A stretch of DNA of 46,467 bases from a virus. Lineage: Duplodnaviria; Heunggongvirae; Uroviricota; Caudoviricetes. Numbering within the stretch: position 1 is the stretch's first letter; each line of letters starts with the position of its first letter. Both the position numbers and the translations under genes were made by a program. Shown here piece after piece: positions 1-10,900 of this stretch. The DNA lies in the IMG/VR virus record IMGVR_UViG_2778261457_000007; one strand, 5' to 3'. A model generated the notes under the pieces. That model saw nothing but the letters and a program-made list of their open reading frames with translations, was not told where the DNA came from and searched no databases.

Positions 1-309
1 TCATTTCAGGCGCTTCGCGAAGTATGTCGCGGCCTTTTGGAGGATAGCCAGCTCTTCATCCCGTTCTGCCAGCTGGCGTTTGAGACGTGCAATCTCGGTA
101 GACATCTCCAGTTCACGTTCAGAAGACGTCTGCTGATTTTGCTGTTTACTGCGCCAGTTGTAGAGCTGTGATTCATACAGGCTGAGTTCACGGGCTGCGG
201 CAGTAACACCGATGCGTTCAGCAAGCTTCAGGGCTTCACTGCGAAATTCAGGCGAATGCTGTTTACGGGGTTTTTTACTGGTTGATACTGTTTTTGTCAT
301 GTGAGTCAC
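1..309 (-). CDS. insE: IS3 transposase OrfA (HTH subunit)
   Basis: 102-aa ORF MTKTVSTSKKPRKQHSPEFRSEALKLAERIG..., recognised as IS3 OrfA; stop codon at window position 1-3. Confidence 0.85.
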   Translation of the reverse strand: MTHMTKTVSTSKKPRKQHSPEFRSEALKLAERIGVTAAARELSLYESQLYNWRSKQQNQQTSSERELEMSTEIARLKRQLAERDEELAILQKAATYFAKRLK

Positions 310-365
310 CTCTGACTGAGAGTTTACTCACTTAGCCGCGTGTCCACTATTGCTGGGTAAGATCA
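1..365 (-). mobile_element. IS3 element, partial (left end with orfA; orfB lies beyond the window start)
   Basis: orfA translation matches IS3 OrfA from memory; terminus reads TGATCTTACCCAG... on the minus strand, ending at 365; element is cut by the window edge. Confidence 0.8.
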
Positions 366-422
366 CCCTTCCTTGCCGTAAATGGAAAGATACATCTAAT
401 TATAGAATTTATATGTTTTACC

Positions 423-998
423 CTACGGCAGTGCTGGCCATTCAATATCCTGTGAAGTTGACGTATCAACACGGTTCAGCAATACCCGATACTTTTTCCA
501 TGCTTCCAGCAACGAGATTTCTTCCTCCGTTGCAATTTCCAGATCTGCAGCATCCTGAAGCGGCGCAATATGCTCACTGGCTACCTGCATCAGGTTGTTT
601 TTTATTTCTTCCGCCTCCCGGATCCGGAACAGTTTTTCTGCTTCCGTATCCTTCACCCAGGCTGTGCCGTTCCACTTCTGAAACTCTCCTTCCGGCGATA
701 ACCAGGTAACATTTTCCGGTAACGGACCGAGTTCAGAAATAAATAACGCGTCGCCGGAAGCCACGTCATAAACCGTTTTACCCCGATGATCTTCAACGAG
801 ATGCCACGATGACTCATCACTGTTGAAAACAGCCACGAAGCCTGCCGGAATATCTGGCGGTGCAATATCGGTACTGTTTGCTGGCAGACCTGTATGAGGC
901 GGAATATATGCATCACCTTCACCAATAAATTCATTAGTTCCGGCCAGCAGATTATAAATTTTTATGGTCCGTGGTTGTTCACTCATTCTGAATGCCAT
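423..998 (-). CDS. tfa: tail fiber assembly protein
   Basis: 191 aa [24 protein letters not shown]... matches lambda Tfa from memory; start overlaps stf stop (TAATG). Confidence 0.9.
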   Translation of the reverse strand: MAFRMSEQPRTIKIYNLLAGTNEFIGEGDAYIPPHTGLPANSTDIAPPDIPAGFVAVFNSDESSWHLVEDHRGKTVYDVASGDALFISELGPLPENVTWLSPEGEFQKWNGTAWVKDTEAEKLFRIREAEEIKNNLMQVASEHIAPLQDAADLEIATEEEISLLEAWKKYRVLLNRVDTSTSQDIEWPALP

Positions 999-3900
999 TA
1001 TGCAAGCCTCACAATATAGTTAAATGCGATGTTTTTGACGGTGTTTTCCGCGTTACCAGCAGCGTTAACGGTGATGGTGTGTCCATGTGAACCAATCGCA
1101 ACGGAGTGCGTATGAGCACCAATACCGACAGTATGCGCGTGTGCACCTGCAGATGCTGCTGTGCCGGACAGTGAGTGGCTATGATTACCATCTGTACTGG
1201 TATTAGCTAACCACCCCGTAGACATACCTACTGAGCCTTGTACACCCCAGGTATTTTGACCTGAGCTTGTATAACCATATTGATAAGTATCTTTAAAAAC
1301 ACTGGGGTTAAATCGACGGCCATCTCTATGGCTGTGATTACCAGCTGCATTCGTGCTGCCACTTAAACTATGGGTATGCGCACCAGTGTTATTCGTGGAT
1401 TTAGTGCCGTAATCAAACGACGATGTGGTTTTCGTCCCCAAATCCGTACTGGATGCGCTGGCGCTGTGGGTATGCGATTTAATGCCGTCCTGTTCCTGAG
1501 ACAATACGGCCCGACCACTGGCAGGTTTGCCCTTAATCGTCCAGCCACGCATATCAGGGATCACGCCTGACGGATAAGCCGCTGCAAGTTTCGGGTATGC
1601 AGATTTGTCAAAAGCCTGCCCCTGCATCAGGGCATAACCAGACGGAACGGTATCTGATGGCCACGGGATTGGTGCGCCGACTGGGTAGCTTTCTGGTGGA
1701 AGATTTTTCGAGGTATAAACTTCTGCCCAGTCTTCCTCAAAACCATAGCCATCTCTTGAGGAACGGTAGAACAGACCTCCATTTCTGTAATGTGCCTTCA
1801 TCTGCAAGGTCCGGCAACTTCCGACTCCGGTATAGAAGTTAACCAGAATATAGGTGTCGCCAGAGCGGGTGACATTGTAAGCGCCTGATTCGGCATTCCA
1901 GGGAACGCCACCATCCGCATCGGCATATGTATCCGTTGCCCTTCTGGCAAAAGCAGCCACATGCGCGGCGGTTAAAGTAATATCTTTGGAACCATCAAAC
2001 TCAACACCAGAAACCCGTCTTGGCGTTTGCAGCTTTGTTGCTGTTAATGCATTACCGTTCAGACTTGCGGACAGTTTGGTTCCAATAACCAGTTCGCCGG
2101 TTGCGTTATCAATAGAAAACGGTCTTAATGTATTCCAGCCACCATAAACATCACCTTGATTGGTAAGCAGCAGGTGAGTTTTAGCGCCATCATTACGCCA
2201 TAATGCACCATACTCCCCACCTATCATTCGAATCTGATTACCACCACGCGCTACAATTTCGTCTGTGGCAAAAAGTTTTTTGCACGACAAGTTATCGTTA
2301 ACGATTAACGAATTAGACTCATAAAAACCACGCCCACTCTTAAAATCAAGGATAACGTCCGCCGCGATACATTCAGTCGCCGGATTTGTTGCCCCAAACT
2401 TATAGGTCGTATCATTAACAACGAGATCAGCACCAGGTGCGGATATTGACAGGCCATCTTCGATAAACGCAAAAACAGGGAAAGCTGCGCCATCAACATA
2501 GAACACAGAGCGCAAATCATCGCCCTTATTACTCATCATTATTGAGTGGATGGCTCGTTCATTGTTTTGATATTGCCAGAACATTCCATAAGCATAACGC
2601 CCCCTGTCAGTCCAGCCGCCAGGCATAACAAATCCGTTAAACTCGCAGTTATTCATCGGATCGCCTGCGGTTCGCGTTGCCGTGGTGATAATGACCCTTG
2701 ATGCCAGTTCGCTTACTGAGCCAGCAGAACGCATAACAACAACAGGGTAATATTTTCCAGATGTTGCACCTGCAGGAGCGTTAACCCGCACATAACGCAT
2801 ACCACGCTTATCAGCAAAGTCTGTTTTACTGACCGCGTTAATGTTGTTCAGGAAGCGTCCCTTATCGGGTATATCAGCGCCGTTCTGGTCTTTCTGCAGA
2901 CGTTTCTCTGCATTGTCATAGGCTGATTTTACTGCCTTTGGCGTTGCCGCCAGCGTTTCAGACGTACTGTTGGTCGCACTGCTTAGCTGAACTATCCCTT
3001 TCTGTGCTGTCGTTGCATCCTGTGCGGTGTATTTCCCGTTAGCCAGGTCATACGCGGCCTTAACGGCTTTTGGTGTTGCCGCCAGTGACTCGGAAGTGCT
3101 GTTAGTCGCACTACTGAGCTGTACTATCCCCTTTTTCGTCGTGCTCGCATCCTCAAGCGCCACGGCGGATGCAATATCCTCTGCCCGTTTTGCCGCTGTC
3201 TCAGCGCGCGTTGCTGCAGATTCCGCCGTACTTTTGCTCTGAGGTGCTGCCGTCGCACTGCCAGCAGCCTCTGTCGCCTTCGTGGATGCCGTCGTGGCGC
3301 TGCCCTTCGCTGCTGACGCCTGTCTGGTCGCCTCATCTTTTGAAGCAGACGCCGATGATGCCGATGACGCCGCCGAACTGGCGGACGATGCCGCTGCCGT
3401 TTTTGAGGATTCTGCACGGGTTTCCGACGCTTTTGCGTTCGTTTCGGATGTCTTCGCTGCGGAAGCAGACCTCGCTGCTGCCGTGGCCTGCTCAGTGGCT
3501 TCGCCAGCCTTCGTTGTGGCTGTTGAAGCAGACGATGCGGCACTTTCTGCCGACTTTCCGGCAGCGGTGGCACTGGCTGAGGCCTGCCCGGCACTTGTTG
3601 ACGCGGCGCTGGCAGATGATGCAGCCGCTGTTTTTGAGCCTGCCGCAGCCGAGGCGCTCTGTCCCGCTGCCGTTTCAGAAGACCTGGCGTTCGTCTCGGA
3701 CGTTTTTGCCGCCTTCGCGGAATTTCCTGCCGCCGTTGCCGAGGAAGCGGCACTACTGGCGCTCGATGATGCGTTCGTTTCTGATGATTTTGCCGCCTCT
3801 TTTGAAGCCGACGCATCCCGTGCTGAAGTGGCTGCTTCTGACGCTTTCGTGGTCGCGGTGGATGCAGAAGTGGCTGCTGATTGTTGTGACGCTGCCGCAT

Positions 3901-4528
3901 TCGTTTCTGACGTTTTCGCCGCACCGGCACTGGTAGCCGCCGCGCTTTTTGAGGACTCTGCAGCGGCAGCACTTTTTAATGCTTCAGTGGCCTTTGTTGA
4001 TGCCGTTCCTGCGCTGGAAGACGCTGACTGAGCCGACGAAGCAGCCTGTCCGGCTGACGTGCTGGCTGCGCGTGCTGAGCCTGCAGCATCAGTCGCATGG
4101 GTTGCCGCCTCACGGGCTGATGTGCTGGCATCGCTGGCTGACTTCTTCGCGGCCGCCGTGTTCTGTGCCACCGCGGACGCGTTACGCGCCACCTCTTCCA
4201 CCATCAGTTCAAAACGGCGCAGTGCCTCAGGACGGGCATCATCCTCCGTCATGGCACCGAGAAAATCATTCAGCGTACCGGGTCGGGAATCTTCATACAC
4301 GGTGATGGTCCCGGCATGTGACGGCGGGAATCCTTCCACCAACAGAATAACGCTGTACTGACCGTACTCAACGTCCATGCTGTAACGCCCGGCTTCATCC
4401 GGATTTTCTGAGGCCAGCGTGTTCACCACCACAGTGGTACTGTTACGTTTTGCTTTCAGCTGGATTGTGCAGTTCTGTACCGGTTTTCCTGTGCCGTCTT
4501 TCAGTACACCTGAAATCTTTACTGCCAT
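998..4528 (-). CDS. stf: side tail fiber protein
   Basis: N-terminus [26 protein letters not shown] as in lambda Stf; long Ala/Ser/Thr-rich repeats; His-rich C-terminus ([18 protein letters not shown]). ATG at 4528 preceded by GGGGTG; the ORF track begins at an upstream GTG (4534). Confidence 0.9.
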   Translation of the reverse strand: MAVKISGVLKDGTGKPVQNCTIQLKAKRNSTTVVVNTLASENPDEAGRYSMDVEYGQYSVILLVEGFPPSHAGTITVYEDSRPGTLNDFLGAMTEDDARPEALRRFELMVEEVARNASAVAQNTAAAKKSASDASTSAREAATHATDAAGSARAASTSAGQAASSAQSASSSAGTASTKATEALKSAAAAESSKSAAATSAGAAKTSETNAAASQQSAATSASTATTKASEAATSARDASASKEAAKSSETNASSSASSAASSATAAGNSAKAAKTSETNARSSETAAGQSASAAAGSKTAAASSASAASTSAGQASASATAAGKSAESAASSASTATTKAGEATEQATAAARSASAAKTSETNAKASETRAESSKTAAASSASSAASSASSASASKDEATRQASAAKGSATTASTKATEAAGSATAAPQSKSTAESAATRAETAAKRAEDIASAVALEDASTTKKGIVQLSSATNSTSESLAATPKAVKAAYDLANGKYTAQDATTAQKGIVQLSSATNSTSETLAATPKAVKSAYDNAEKRLQKDQNGADIPDKGRFLNNINAVSKTDFADKRGMRYVRVNAPAGATSGKYYPVVVMRSAGSVSELASRVIITTATRTAGDPMNNCEFNGFVMPGGWTDRGRYAYGMFWQYQNNERAIHSIMMSNKGDDLRSVFYVDGAAFPVFAFIEDGLSISAPGADLVVNDTTYKFGATNPATECIAADVILDFKSGRGFYESNSLIVNDNLSCKKLFATDEIVARGGNQIRMIGGEYGALWRNDGAKTHLLLTNQGDVYGGWNTLRPFSIDNATGELVIGTKLSASLNGNALTATKLQTPRRVSGVEFDGSKDITLTAAHVAAFARRATDTYADADGGVPWNAESGAYNVTRSGDTYILVNFYTGVGSCRTLQMKAHYRNGGLFYRSSRDGYGFEEDWAEVYTSKNLPPESYPVGAPIPWPSDTVPSGYALMQGQAFDKSAYPKLAAAYPSGVIPDMRGWTIKGKPASGRAVLSQEQDGIKSHTHSASASSTDLGTKTTSSFDYGTKSTNNTGAHTHSLSGSTNAAGNHSHRDGRRFNPSVFKDTYQYGYTSSGQNTWGVQGSVGMSTGWLANTSTDGNHSHSLSGTAASAGAHAHTVGIGAHTHSVAIGSHGHTITVNAAGNAENTVKNIAFNYIVRLA

Positions 4529-4539
4529 ATTCACCCCAC

Positions 4540-4565
4540 AAAAAAGCCCGCCTGAACCGGCGGGC
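4540..4565 (-). terminator. intrinsic terminator downstream of lom
   Basis: GCCCGCC-N6-GGCGGGC hairpin followed on the minus strand by a T-run (A-run 4540-4545 on plus). Confidence 0.6.
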
Positions 4566-4592
4566 TGTCATAACACTGTGTTACCTGGCTAA

Positions 4593-5192
4593 TCAGAATT
4601 TATAACCGACACCCACGATGAAACCGTCAGTGCGCCAGTCGCCACTGCCGGAACCTTCATAAGCGACATCAACGGCCACGGATTCGGTCGGGTTAAACTG
4701 CACGCCAGCCCCCCACGCCAGAGACGTGTTGCTGTGGCGACCGTCATTACTTCCGATCAGCACATCGTGCGTTTTCCCCGTATTGTCGGTCACCTGCAGA
4801 TAATCCCCGGAGAAAGTCGACACACGGCTGTAAGCCACACCCGCCATCGCATACGCGCTGAACCATTCATTCACGCGCACAGACGGCCCCGCCATCACGC
4901 TGAACCAGCGGTTACGCACGGAATCTTCATGCCAGCGGGTATCGCTGTAATGCGTTTTTTGCTCATCTTCAGCGTTGGCATAACTGAATGACGTAATCAG
5001 CCCCAGCGTGTCCGTAAACTCATAACGGTATTTCACGTTAATCCCGTTCAGATTATCGCTGCCGGGAGCGTTCGTACGGGCATGAAGATACCCTGCGCTC
5101 AGTGTGGCCTGCTGCTCAGACGCCCATGCAGGCGCACCGGATACGGCCAGACAGATGGCTGCGGACAAAATGGCTGCACAAACTTTACGCAT
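4593..5192 (-). CDS. lom: Lom/Ail-family outer membrane protein
   Basis: 199 aa [24 protein letters not shown]... signal peptide and beta-barrel-like sequence, ends GVGYKF; matches lambda Lom. Confidence 0.9.
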   Translation of the reverse strand: MRKVCAAILSAAICLAVSGAPAWASEQQATLSAGYLHARTNAPGSDNLNGINVKYRYEFTDTLGLITSFSYANAEDEQKTHYSDTRWHEDSVRNRWFSVMAGPSVRVNEWFSAYAMAGVAYSRVSTFSGDYLQVTDNTGKTHDVLIGSNDGRHSNTSLAWGAGVQFNPTESVAVDVAYEGSGSGDWRTDGFIVGVGYKF

Positions 5193-5212
5193 AATTACCT
5201 CTCGCTTTTCTG

Positions 5213-5240
5213 CAATAAAAAAGGCGCCATTTCTGGCGCC
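5213..5240 (-). terminator. intrinsic terminator between J and lom
   Basis: GGCGCC-N6-GGCGCC hairpin with a following T-run on the minus strand. Confidence 0.55.
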
Positions 5241-5259
5241 CGTATATGGGTTATAAAAT

Positions 5260-8200
5260 TCAGCTGATGCTGATGCCTGCGGTGGCTTTCTTCATCACCA
5301 CAACCAGCAAATCGCTGATACTTGCTGTGGGATACCAGTCATTTACCAGCCATGCTGACACCGAAAACTCCAGCGTCATGTGGCCGTGACCAGCTGGCAT
5401 ATCAATAACACCACTGTAAATCAGCGTATTATCCAGCGCGGTACGGTTATAAATTTCAGCACCATTTTTCTTCACTATCAGGCGGCATGACGAATAAATA
5501 TCGTTATTCTCCCGCTCATGTTTAGCGCCGCAGAATGCCACCGCCGGAATAACAATTTGCCTGTCAAAAGGCTGATCGTCATAAATCCTGACGGTAATGG
5601 TCCCTGATGGCCACCGCTCCGGTGCCCGGGAGTCCCGCGGGAAAGCCTTACCCACTGTTTTGACAATATCGCCTTCAATCTGGTTGGCTGACAGTTTCCC
5701 TTTAATCTGACAGTTCTCATTTATCGTAACGTTGTTGAGCGTCCCGGAGTTCGCATTCACACTGCCACTGATATCTGCATTTTTAGCGGTCAACTTTCCG
5801 TCCGGTGTCAGGGAAAATGCCGGAGGATTACCGCCGCTGGTAATGGTGGGAGCCGTCAGATATTTCAGGAACACTTCATTCATGAATATCTGATCACCCT
5901 GACCAACAAACATCGGTTTTGTGTTGCCATTTGCAGGATTAATCATCGCAATCCTGTCTGCCGCCAGCAGCACCTGACTCTGCATGCCGTCGGGGGTGTT
6001 CTCAATACCGGCACCGATACCCGCGATATAAAGGCGTCCGTCCTGCATCTGCTGCAGCTTCACAGCCCACATGCTGTTCAGATTATTATTTGTATCAACC
6101 TGAACCTTCTGTATCTGCTGGATCGCTGCACTCTGGTCTTCCAGTTTCTTATTGACGGTCTGTGTGATTTCATTGCTGACATCCGTAATGGATGTCCTGA
6201 TTTCAGCCAGGTCAGGCGCAAGCTGACCGTTATCAATCTGCGTCCACAGCTCCTGAGCCAGATGGGTTTTCCCTATCTCGCCTTTGAAAAAATCCAGATA
6301 GCCGGATGCGTCATCACTCGGCTGACCAACAGCCTCCACGAATGCCGATTTGCCAACGGTGTTCACACTGCGAACGTAAAAATAATAATTATGGCCCGGC
6401 CTGATATTGATACTGGCGGCTATCCAGTACAGCGCCGTGCCAAGATAGCGTGCTGTGGTTTCAACCTGCCTGATATCCGCAATCCGCTTTTCCGAGAACC
6501 AGAACTCAAACTGTACCGTCGGATCATAAACCGCAAGATGCGGCGTGGCGGTTATCTGAAAATAGCCCGGCGTCAGCTCAATCCGCGACGGCGCTGCCGG
6601 TGCGGCAATCCGGAACGATACCGACGCCGGATCGCCCTGCTGCCCCCACGCATTTACTGCCCGGACTGTCAGCCTGTAGTTCCCCAGAGCCAGTTGTGTG
6701 AAGCGGTAAGTGGTTTCCGTCGTCCGGGCCGTGCTGACCAGCCGCTCACTGCCGTCATCCGCTGCCACGGTCAGGCGAAGCATGAAACTCACGCCCTTCA
6801 CCACCTTCGGCGTGTCCCAGCGGGCCAGTACCTGATACTCCCCGCTGTCTGCGGTGACTTCGGCAGTCAGGTGATGCACTGCTGGCGGCGTGACACCATT
6901 CACCGTGCCGCTCTGGTCGCCGTCAAAGTGCGCCCCGTTATCCACGATAGCTTCTTTTTCCGGTACATGCTGCACGGCGGTGATGGCATACGTGCCGTCG
7001 TCGTTCTCACGGATACTCACGCAGCGGAACAGGCGCTGGCGCAGCGTCGGCAGCTTCAGCCCCCATACGCTGTATCCGGCAACGCCGTCAGGAACACGGC
7101 TCACTTTTACCTTCACGCCGTCGGTGACGGACTGGACCTCCACGCTGACCGGATTGCCACTTCCGTCAACCAGGCTTATCAGCGTGGTACCGGAGGATGG
7201 CAGCGTGATTTCACGGTCGAGCGTCAGCGTCCGGGTCTGGCTGTTCACCGCCAGCACGCGCCCGCCGGTGCTGATCCCCGCATAGTCATCATCGCAGATT
7301 TCAATGACATCGCCCGGCACATGGCGAAGCCCTTCCGCACCCACGCTGAAGTCCACGGTCTGCGTTTCCAGCAGTTCTGTTTTAATCAGCCACAGCCCGG
7401 CGCGGTGCGCCTGCCCCCGGCTGGTACAGCCAAAGGCATCCATCTTCGTGACGTTACGACCGTAACGGAGAATGGCCTGCGTATCTTCAACAAGCTCTGT
7501 CGCCGTCTCCCAGCCGTTATCCGGGTCAATCCAGTTCACCTCAACGGCATTATGACGGTCCTTCAGGGCACTGAAGCTGTAGCGGAACGGCGCGCCATCA
7601 TCCGGCATCACCACATTACTGCGGTTATAGGTCCACACCTTATCCGACGGTCGGTCCTGCACGAACGTCAGCGTCTGCCCGTTCCATACCGGCATACAGC
7701 GCATCGCCGAGCAGAAATCACTGAGAACATCCCACGCCTTGCGCTGTGTGGTCAGGTAGGCATTACAGGTGATGCGCGGCTCCGTGCCACCAAAGCCATC
7801 CGGCACCGACTGGTCGCAATTCTGGCCGATGACATACAGCGCCCATTTGTCCACATCCGCCGCACCGAGACGCTTCCCCATGCCGTAGCGCGGATGGGTC
7901 AGCATATCCCACAGACACCAGGCCATGTTGTTGCTGTATGCTGGCTTAAACGTTCCGTCCCAGATACCGCTGTATTGCCGCGTCTGCGGGTTATAGTTCG
8001 ACGGCACCTGCAGAATGCGCCCGCGAAGATGATAATTACGGCTCACCTGCTGGCTGCCGAACTGTTCCGAGTCCACCTGCACGCCGACCAGTGCCGTGTT
8101 CGGGTAGCACTGTTTCACATCGATGATTTCGGTGTATGACGACCAGAGCGTTTTGTTCTGCAGCTGGTCTGTGGTGCTGTCCGGCGTCATTCTGCGCATC

Positions 8201-8739
8201 CGGATATTAAACGGGCGCGGCGGCAGGTTATCCACCACCACCGAGGCCAGATACTGCGAGGTGGTTTTGCCCTTAATGGTGATGTCTTTTTCCGTCACCC
8301 AGCCACCATTACGCTGTATCTGAACCAGCAGGCGAACTTCCGACGGATTCCGGTCCCCCTTTGAGGTGGTTTCCACCAGTGCCTGCACACCGAAGGTAAA
8401 GCGCAGTCGGTCGATGTTTGCCGACGTGATGGCGCGGGTGATCGGCGTGTCGTATTTCACTTCCGTACCCAACACCGTCTCGGAGCCGGAGGATTCAAAT
8501 CCCTCCGGCGGAGTCTGCTCCTGCTCACCAGCCCGGAACACCACCGTGACACCGGCGATGTTGGTATTCCCATCACTGTCCAGCACCGACGTACTGTTCA
8601 GCAGCACGCTTTTTAATCCATCCACCGGACCTTCAATCGGCCCTTCACTGATGGCATCAATCACACTCAGCAACTGCGTGGACTTCAGGTTGTCCTTCGC
8701 TTCGCGCGGGGTATGCCCCTTACTGCTTCCTTTACCCAT
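5260..8739 (-). CDS. J: tail tip / host specificity protein J
   Basis: 1159 aa [24 protein letters not shown]...; lambda J-like over most of its length, with a C-terminal part that differs from lambda as I recall it. Confidence 0.9.
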   Translation of the reverse strand: MGKGSSKGHTPREAKDNLKSTQLLSVIDAISEGPIEGPVDGLKSVLLNSTSVLDSDGNTNIAGVTVVFRAGEQEQTPPEGFESSGSETVLGTEVKYDTPITRAITSANIDRLRFTFGVQALVETTSKGDRNPSEVRLLVQIQRNGGWVTEKDITIKGKTTSQYLASVVVDNLPPRPFNIRMRRMTPDSTTDQLQNKTLWSSYTEIIDVKQCYPNTALVGVQVDSEQFGSQQVSRNYHLRGRILQVPSNYNPQTRQYSGIWDGTFKPAYSNNMAWCLWDMLTHPRYGMGKRLGAADVDKWALYVIGQNCDQSVPDGFGGTEPRITCNAYLTTQRKAWDVLSDFCSAMRCMPVWNGQTLTFVQDRPSDKVWTYNRSNVVMPDDGAPFRYSFSALKDRHNAVEVNWIDPDNGWETATELVEDTQAILRYGRNVTKMDAFGCTSRGQAHRAGLWLIKTELLETQTVDFSVGAEGLRHVPGDVIEICDDDYAGISTGGRVLAVNSQTRTLTLDREITLPSSGTTLISLVDGSGNPVSVEVQSVTDGVKVKVSRVPDGVAGYSVWGLKLPTLRQRLFRCVSIRENDDGTYAITAVQHVPEKEAIVDNGAHFDGDQSGTVNGVTPPAVHHLTAEVTADSGEYQVLARWDTPKVVKGVSFMLRLTVAADDGSERLVSTARTTETTYRFTQLALGNYRLTVRAVNAWGQQGDPASVSFRIAAPAAPSRIELTPGYFQITATPHLAVYDPTVQFEFWFSEKRIADIRQVETTARYLGTALYWIAASINIRPGHNYYFYVRSVNTVGKSAFVEAVGQPSDDASGYLDFFKGEIGKTHLAQELWTQIDNGQLAPDLAEIRTSITDVSNEITQTVNKKLEDQSAAIQQIQKVQVDTNNNLNSMWAVKLQQMQDGRLYIAGIGAGIENTPDGMQSQVLLAADRIAMINPANGNTKPMFVGQGDQIFMNEVFLKYLTAPTITSGGNPPAFSLTPDGKLTAKNADISGSVNANSGTLNNVTINENCQIKGKLSANQIEGDIVKTVGKAFPRDSRAPERWPSGTITVRIYDDQPFDRQIVIPAVAFCGAKHERENNDIYSSCRLIVKKNGAEIYNRTALDNTLIYSGVIDMPAGHGHMTLEFSVSAWLVNDWYPTASISDLLVVVMKKATAGISIS

Positions 8740-8799
8740 TCCTCACGCTCCATAAACGACAAAACCGCCCGCAGGCGGTTTCACATAAAACATTTTGCA

Positions 8800-9471
8800 T
8801 CAGCGACCAATCACCACAACCTGACCACCGTCCCCTTCGTCTGCCGTGCTGATCTCCTGAGAAACCACGCGTGACCCCACGCGCATTTCCCCGTACAGAA
8901 CAGGCAGAACATTGCCCTGGGCAACCATGTTATCCAGTGAGGAGAAATAGGTGTTCTGCTTACCGTTATCCGTTGTCTGTGTACGGGGAGTTCTGGCTTT
9001 CGGTGCCAGCATCTGCGCCACACCACCGAGCACCATACTGGCACCGAGAGAAAACAGGATGCCGGTCATACCACCGGCCCCAATGGCTGCCCCCCATGCT
9101 GCAAGGGTGGCTCCGGCGGTAAAGAATGATCCGGCAATGGCGGCAGCCCCCAGGACAATCTGGAATACGCCACCTGACTTGGCCCCGGCGACTCTGGGAA
9201 CAATATGAATCACAGCGCCATCAGGCAGAGTCTCATGTAACTGCGCCGTTAACCCGGACGTGCTGACGTCCCGCCCGGCAATCCGTACCTGATACCAGCC
9301 GTCGCTCAGTTTCTGACGAAACGCCGGGAGCTGTGTGGCCAGTGCCCGGATGGCTTCAGCCCCCGTTTTCACACGAAGGTCGATGCGGCGACCAAATCGT
9401 TGTAAATCCCCGTAAAGGCAGATGCGCGCCATGCCCGGTGACGCCAGAGGGAGTGTGTGCGTCGCTGCCAT
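8800..9471 (-). CDS. I: tail assembly protein I
   Basis: 223 aa MAATHTLPLASPGMARICLYGDLQRFGRRIDLR...; overlaps the 3' end of K by 103 bp, as in lambda. Confidence 0.9.
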   Translation of the reverse strand: MAATHTLPLASPGMARICLYGDLQRFGRRIDLRVKTGAEAIRALATQLPAFRQKLSDGWYQVRIAGRDVSTSGLTAQLHETLPDGAVIHIVPRVAGAKSGGVFQIVLGAAAIAGSFFTAGATLAAWGAAIGAGGMTGILFSLGASMVLGGVAQMLAPKARTPRTQTTDNGKQNTYFSSLDNMVAQGNVLPVLYGEMRVGSRVVSQEISTADEGDGGQVVVIGR

Positions 9472-10112
9472 TTGTCGGTGTACCTCTCTCGTTTGCTCAG
9501 TTGTTCAGGAATATGGTGCAGCAGCTCGCCGTCGCCGCAGTAAATTGCGGCGTGATTCGGCACCGATGAACCAAAACAGCACAGCAGCACATCGCCCGGC
9601 TGTGCCGCTGACAACGGCACCTGATACAGCCCTGTGGCCTCCAGATTATCCAGATAGAGATTCTGGCCGTTACGCCACCAGTCATCCTCACGATGAAAGG
9701 CCGGCATCTCAATCCCCGCCAGATGATAAGCATCCCGGAACAGTGTGTAACAGTCCGTCACACCGTGCTCAAAGCGCCGCCCGGTGAGATGCGGCACACA
9801 GCGGAACTTATGAATCGTCCCCCGGCAGACCAGCCACCACGGCAAATCACTCTGCACCTGCAGCCGCCGGTCGGCCTCACTCAGCCAGGGCAGACCACCG
9901 GGGTGGCTGTGGACCAGCGCCACAATCTCACCCTGCATTTCTGCCTGCAGCCAGTCTTCCGGCGACATACGGAAATACGCCTCCGGCTCACCGGAGATAT
10001 TCACGCAGGGGAAATATCTTTCCCCCTCCGGCGTGCTTACCACGAAGCCGCACGACTCCGCTGGCGCACATCGCCGGGCGTGCGCCAGAATCGCTGATTC
10101 TGTCTGTGTCAT
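9369..10112 (-). CDS. K: tail assembly protein K (JAMM/MPN plus NlpC/P60-like)
   Basis: 247-aa ORF with an HSHPGG JAMM motif and Cys/His peptidase-like C-terminus; the reference lambda annotation (199 aa) corresponds to the internal Met at 9968. Confidence 0.8.
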   Translation of the reverse strand: MTQTESAILAHARRCAPAESCGFVVSTPEGERYFPCVNISGEPEAYFRMSPEDWLQAEMQGEIVALVHSHPGGLPWLSEADRRLQVQSDLPWWLVCRGTIHKFRCVPHLTGRRFEHGVTDCYTLFRDAYHLAGIEMPAFHREDDWWRNGQNLYLDNLEATGLYQVPLSAAQPGDVLLCCFGSSVPNHAAIYCGDGELLHHIPEQLSKRERYTDKWQRRTHSLWRHRAWRASAFTGIYNDLVAASTFV

Positions 10113-10117
10113 GGGAT

Positions 10118-10571
10118 TTACTGCGAAAGTTTGTTAATGGAAAGGAAGCCGCCAAAGTTGCCGACGTTATTGCGGAACTTACAACCGCTCAGGCATTTGC
10201 TGCATTTATCCTTCGTGATATCGGACGTTGGCTGGTCATATTCATCCGCGACAGCCGGACCGCTATAACCGCACTCGTCACCGCGATAGGTCCAGGTGCA
10301 GGTGTTGGCCAGCATGATACGTCCCGGAAAAACAGCGCCATCCGTTTCCGTCGGCGTGGACAGTACAAAGGAGGCACTCACCGCGCTCAGTTCGCTGCAC
10401 TGCTCAATGCGCCAGCGGCTGATCACCTCCTGCTCCGGATCGGCGCCACTGTTTCCGTTGACGAAGTTCACCGCATCCAGAAAACGGGCGTAAACCTTAC
10501 GCCGGACCACCGTTCCACCGACCAGACTCTGCAGATCTTCCATTCAGTGTTTCCTGCCGGATATCCTGCAT
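10118..10571 (-). pseudogene. L: tail tip protein L, disrupted (internal deletion of about 81 codons plus frameshift)
   Basis: ATG at 10571 overlaps the M stop and encodes MQDIRQETLN, then shifts frame and stops after 24 codons. The L C-terminal 141 aa (EDLQSLVGG...SINKLSQ) continues in another frame from 10543. Lambda L is 232 aa. Confidence 0.7.
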
Positions 10572-10900
10572 CAGTTCACCACCTGTTCAAACTCTGCGCT
10601 GAACTCAACACGCAGCATACTGACCCGCGACGACCATTTTGCGCAGGTCACCTTTATCTGCCGCCACTCATAAGGCGGCGTCCACAGAAAGGCTTTCCAG
10701 CCCCCGTGCTCTTCCAGAAACGACTCCAGTACCGTGGCCTCCTCACGGGGGACAGAAAGCGTCACGCTGTACGTTTTCAGGTTGGCATTCAGCCCGGCAG
10801 GCGCTCGCTGGGAATAGCCATCACCAAAGCGCACCTTTCTTACAGAAGGGGCCGAAGCCACATCCATACCGGGTTTCACTTTCCAGCGGAAGGTTTTCAT
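10571..10900 (-). CDS. M: minor tail protein M
   Basis: 109 aa MKTFRWKVKPGMDVASAPSVRKVRFGDGYSQ... matches lambda M. Confidence 0.9.
   Translation of the reverse strand: MKTFRWKVKPGMDVASAPSVRKVRFGDGYSQRAPAGLNANLKTYSVTLSVPREEATVLESFLEEHGGWKAFLWTPPYEWRQIKVTCAKWSSRVSMLRVEFSAEFEQVVN

Noticed and set aside
3124-4361. Several long ORFs on both strands inside stf (282 aa Arg/Gln/Pro-rich, 255 aa, 249 aa Ala/Asp-rich, 100 aa)
   Set aside because: They are alternative-frame readings of the Ala/Ser/Thr-rich repeat region of stf; the low-complexity composition keeps these frames open, and the stf frame is the one with a recognisable product.
6262-8139. 625-aa ORF on the plus strand
   Set aside because: Entirely antisense to J, Arg-rich with no recognisable domain; an open antisense frame in a GC-rich gene.
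10540-10560. Adjacent AGATCT and CTGCAG sites exactly at the L deletion junction, considered as a cloning scar
   Set aside because: Two 6-bp sites can arise by chance and the native lambda sequence at this position may already contain them; not enough to claim an engineered deletion.
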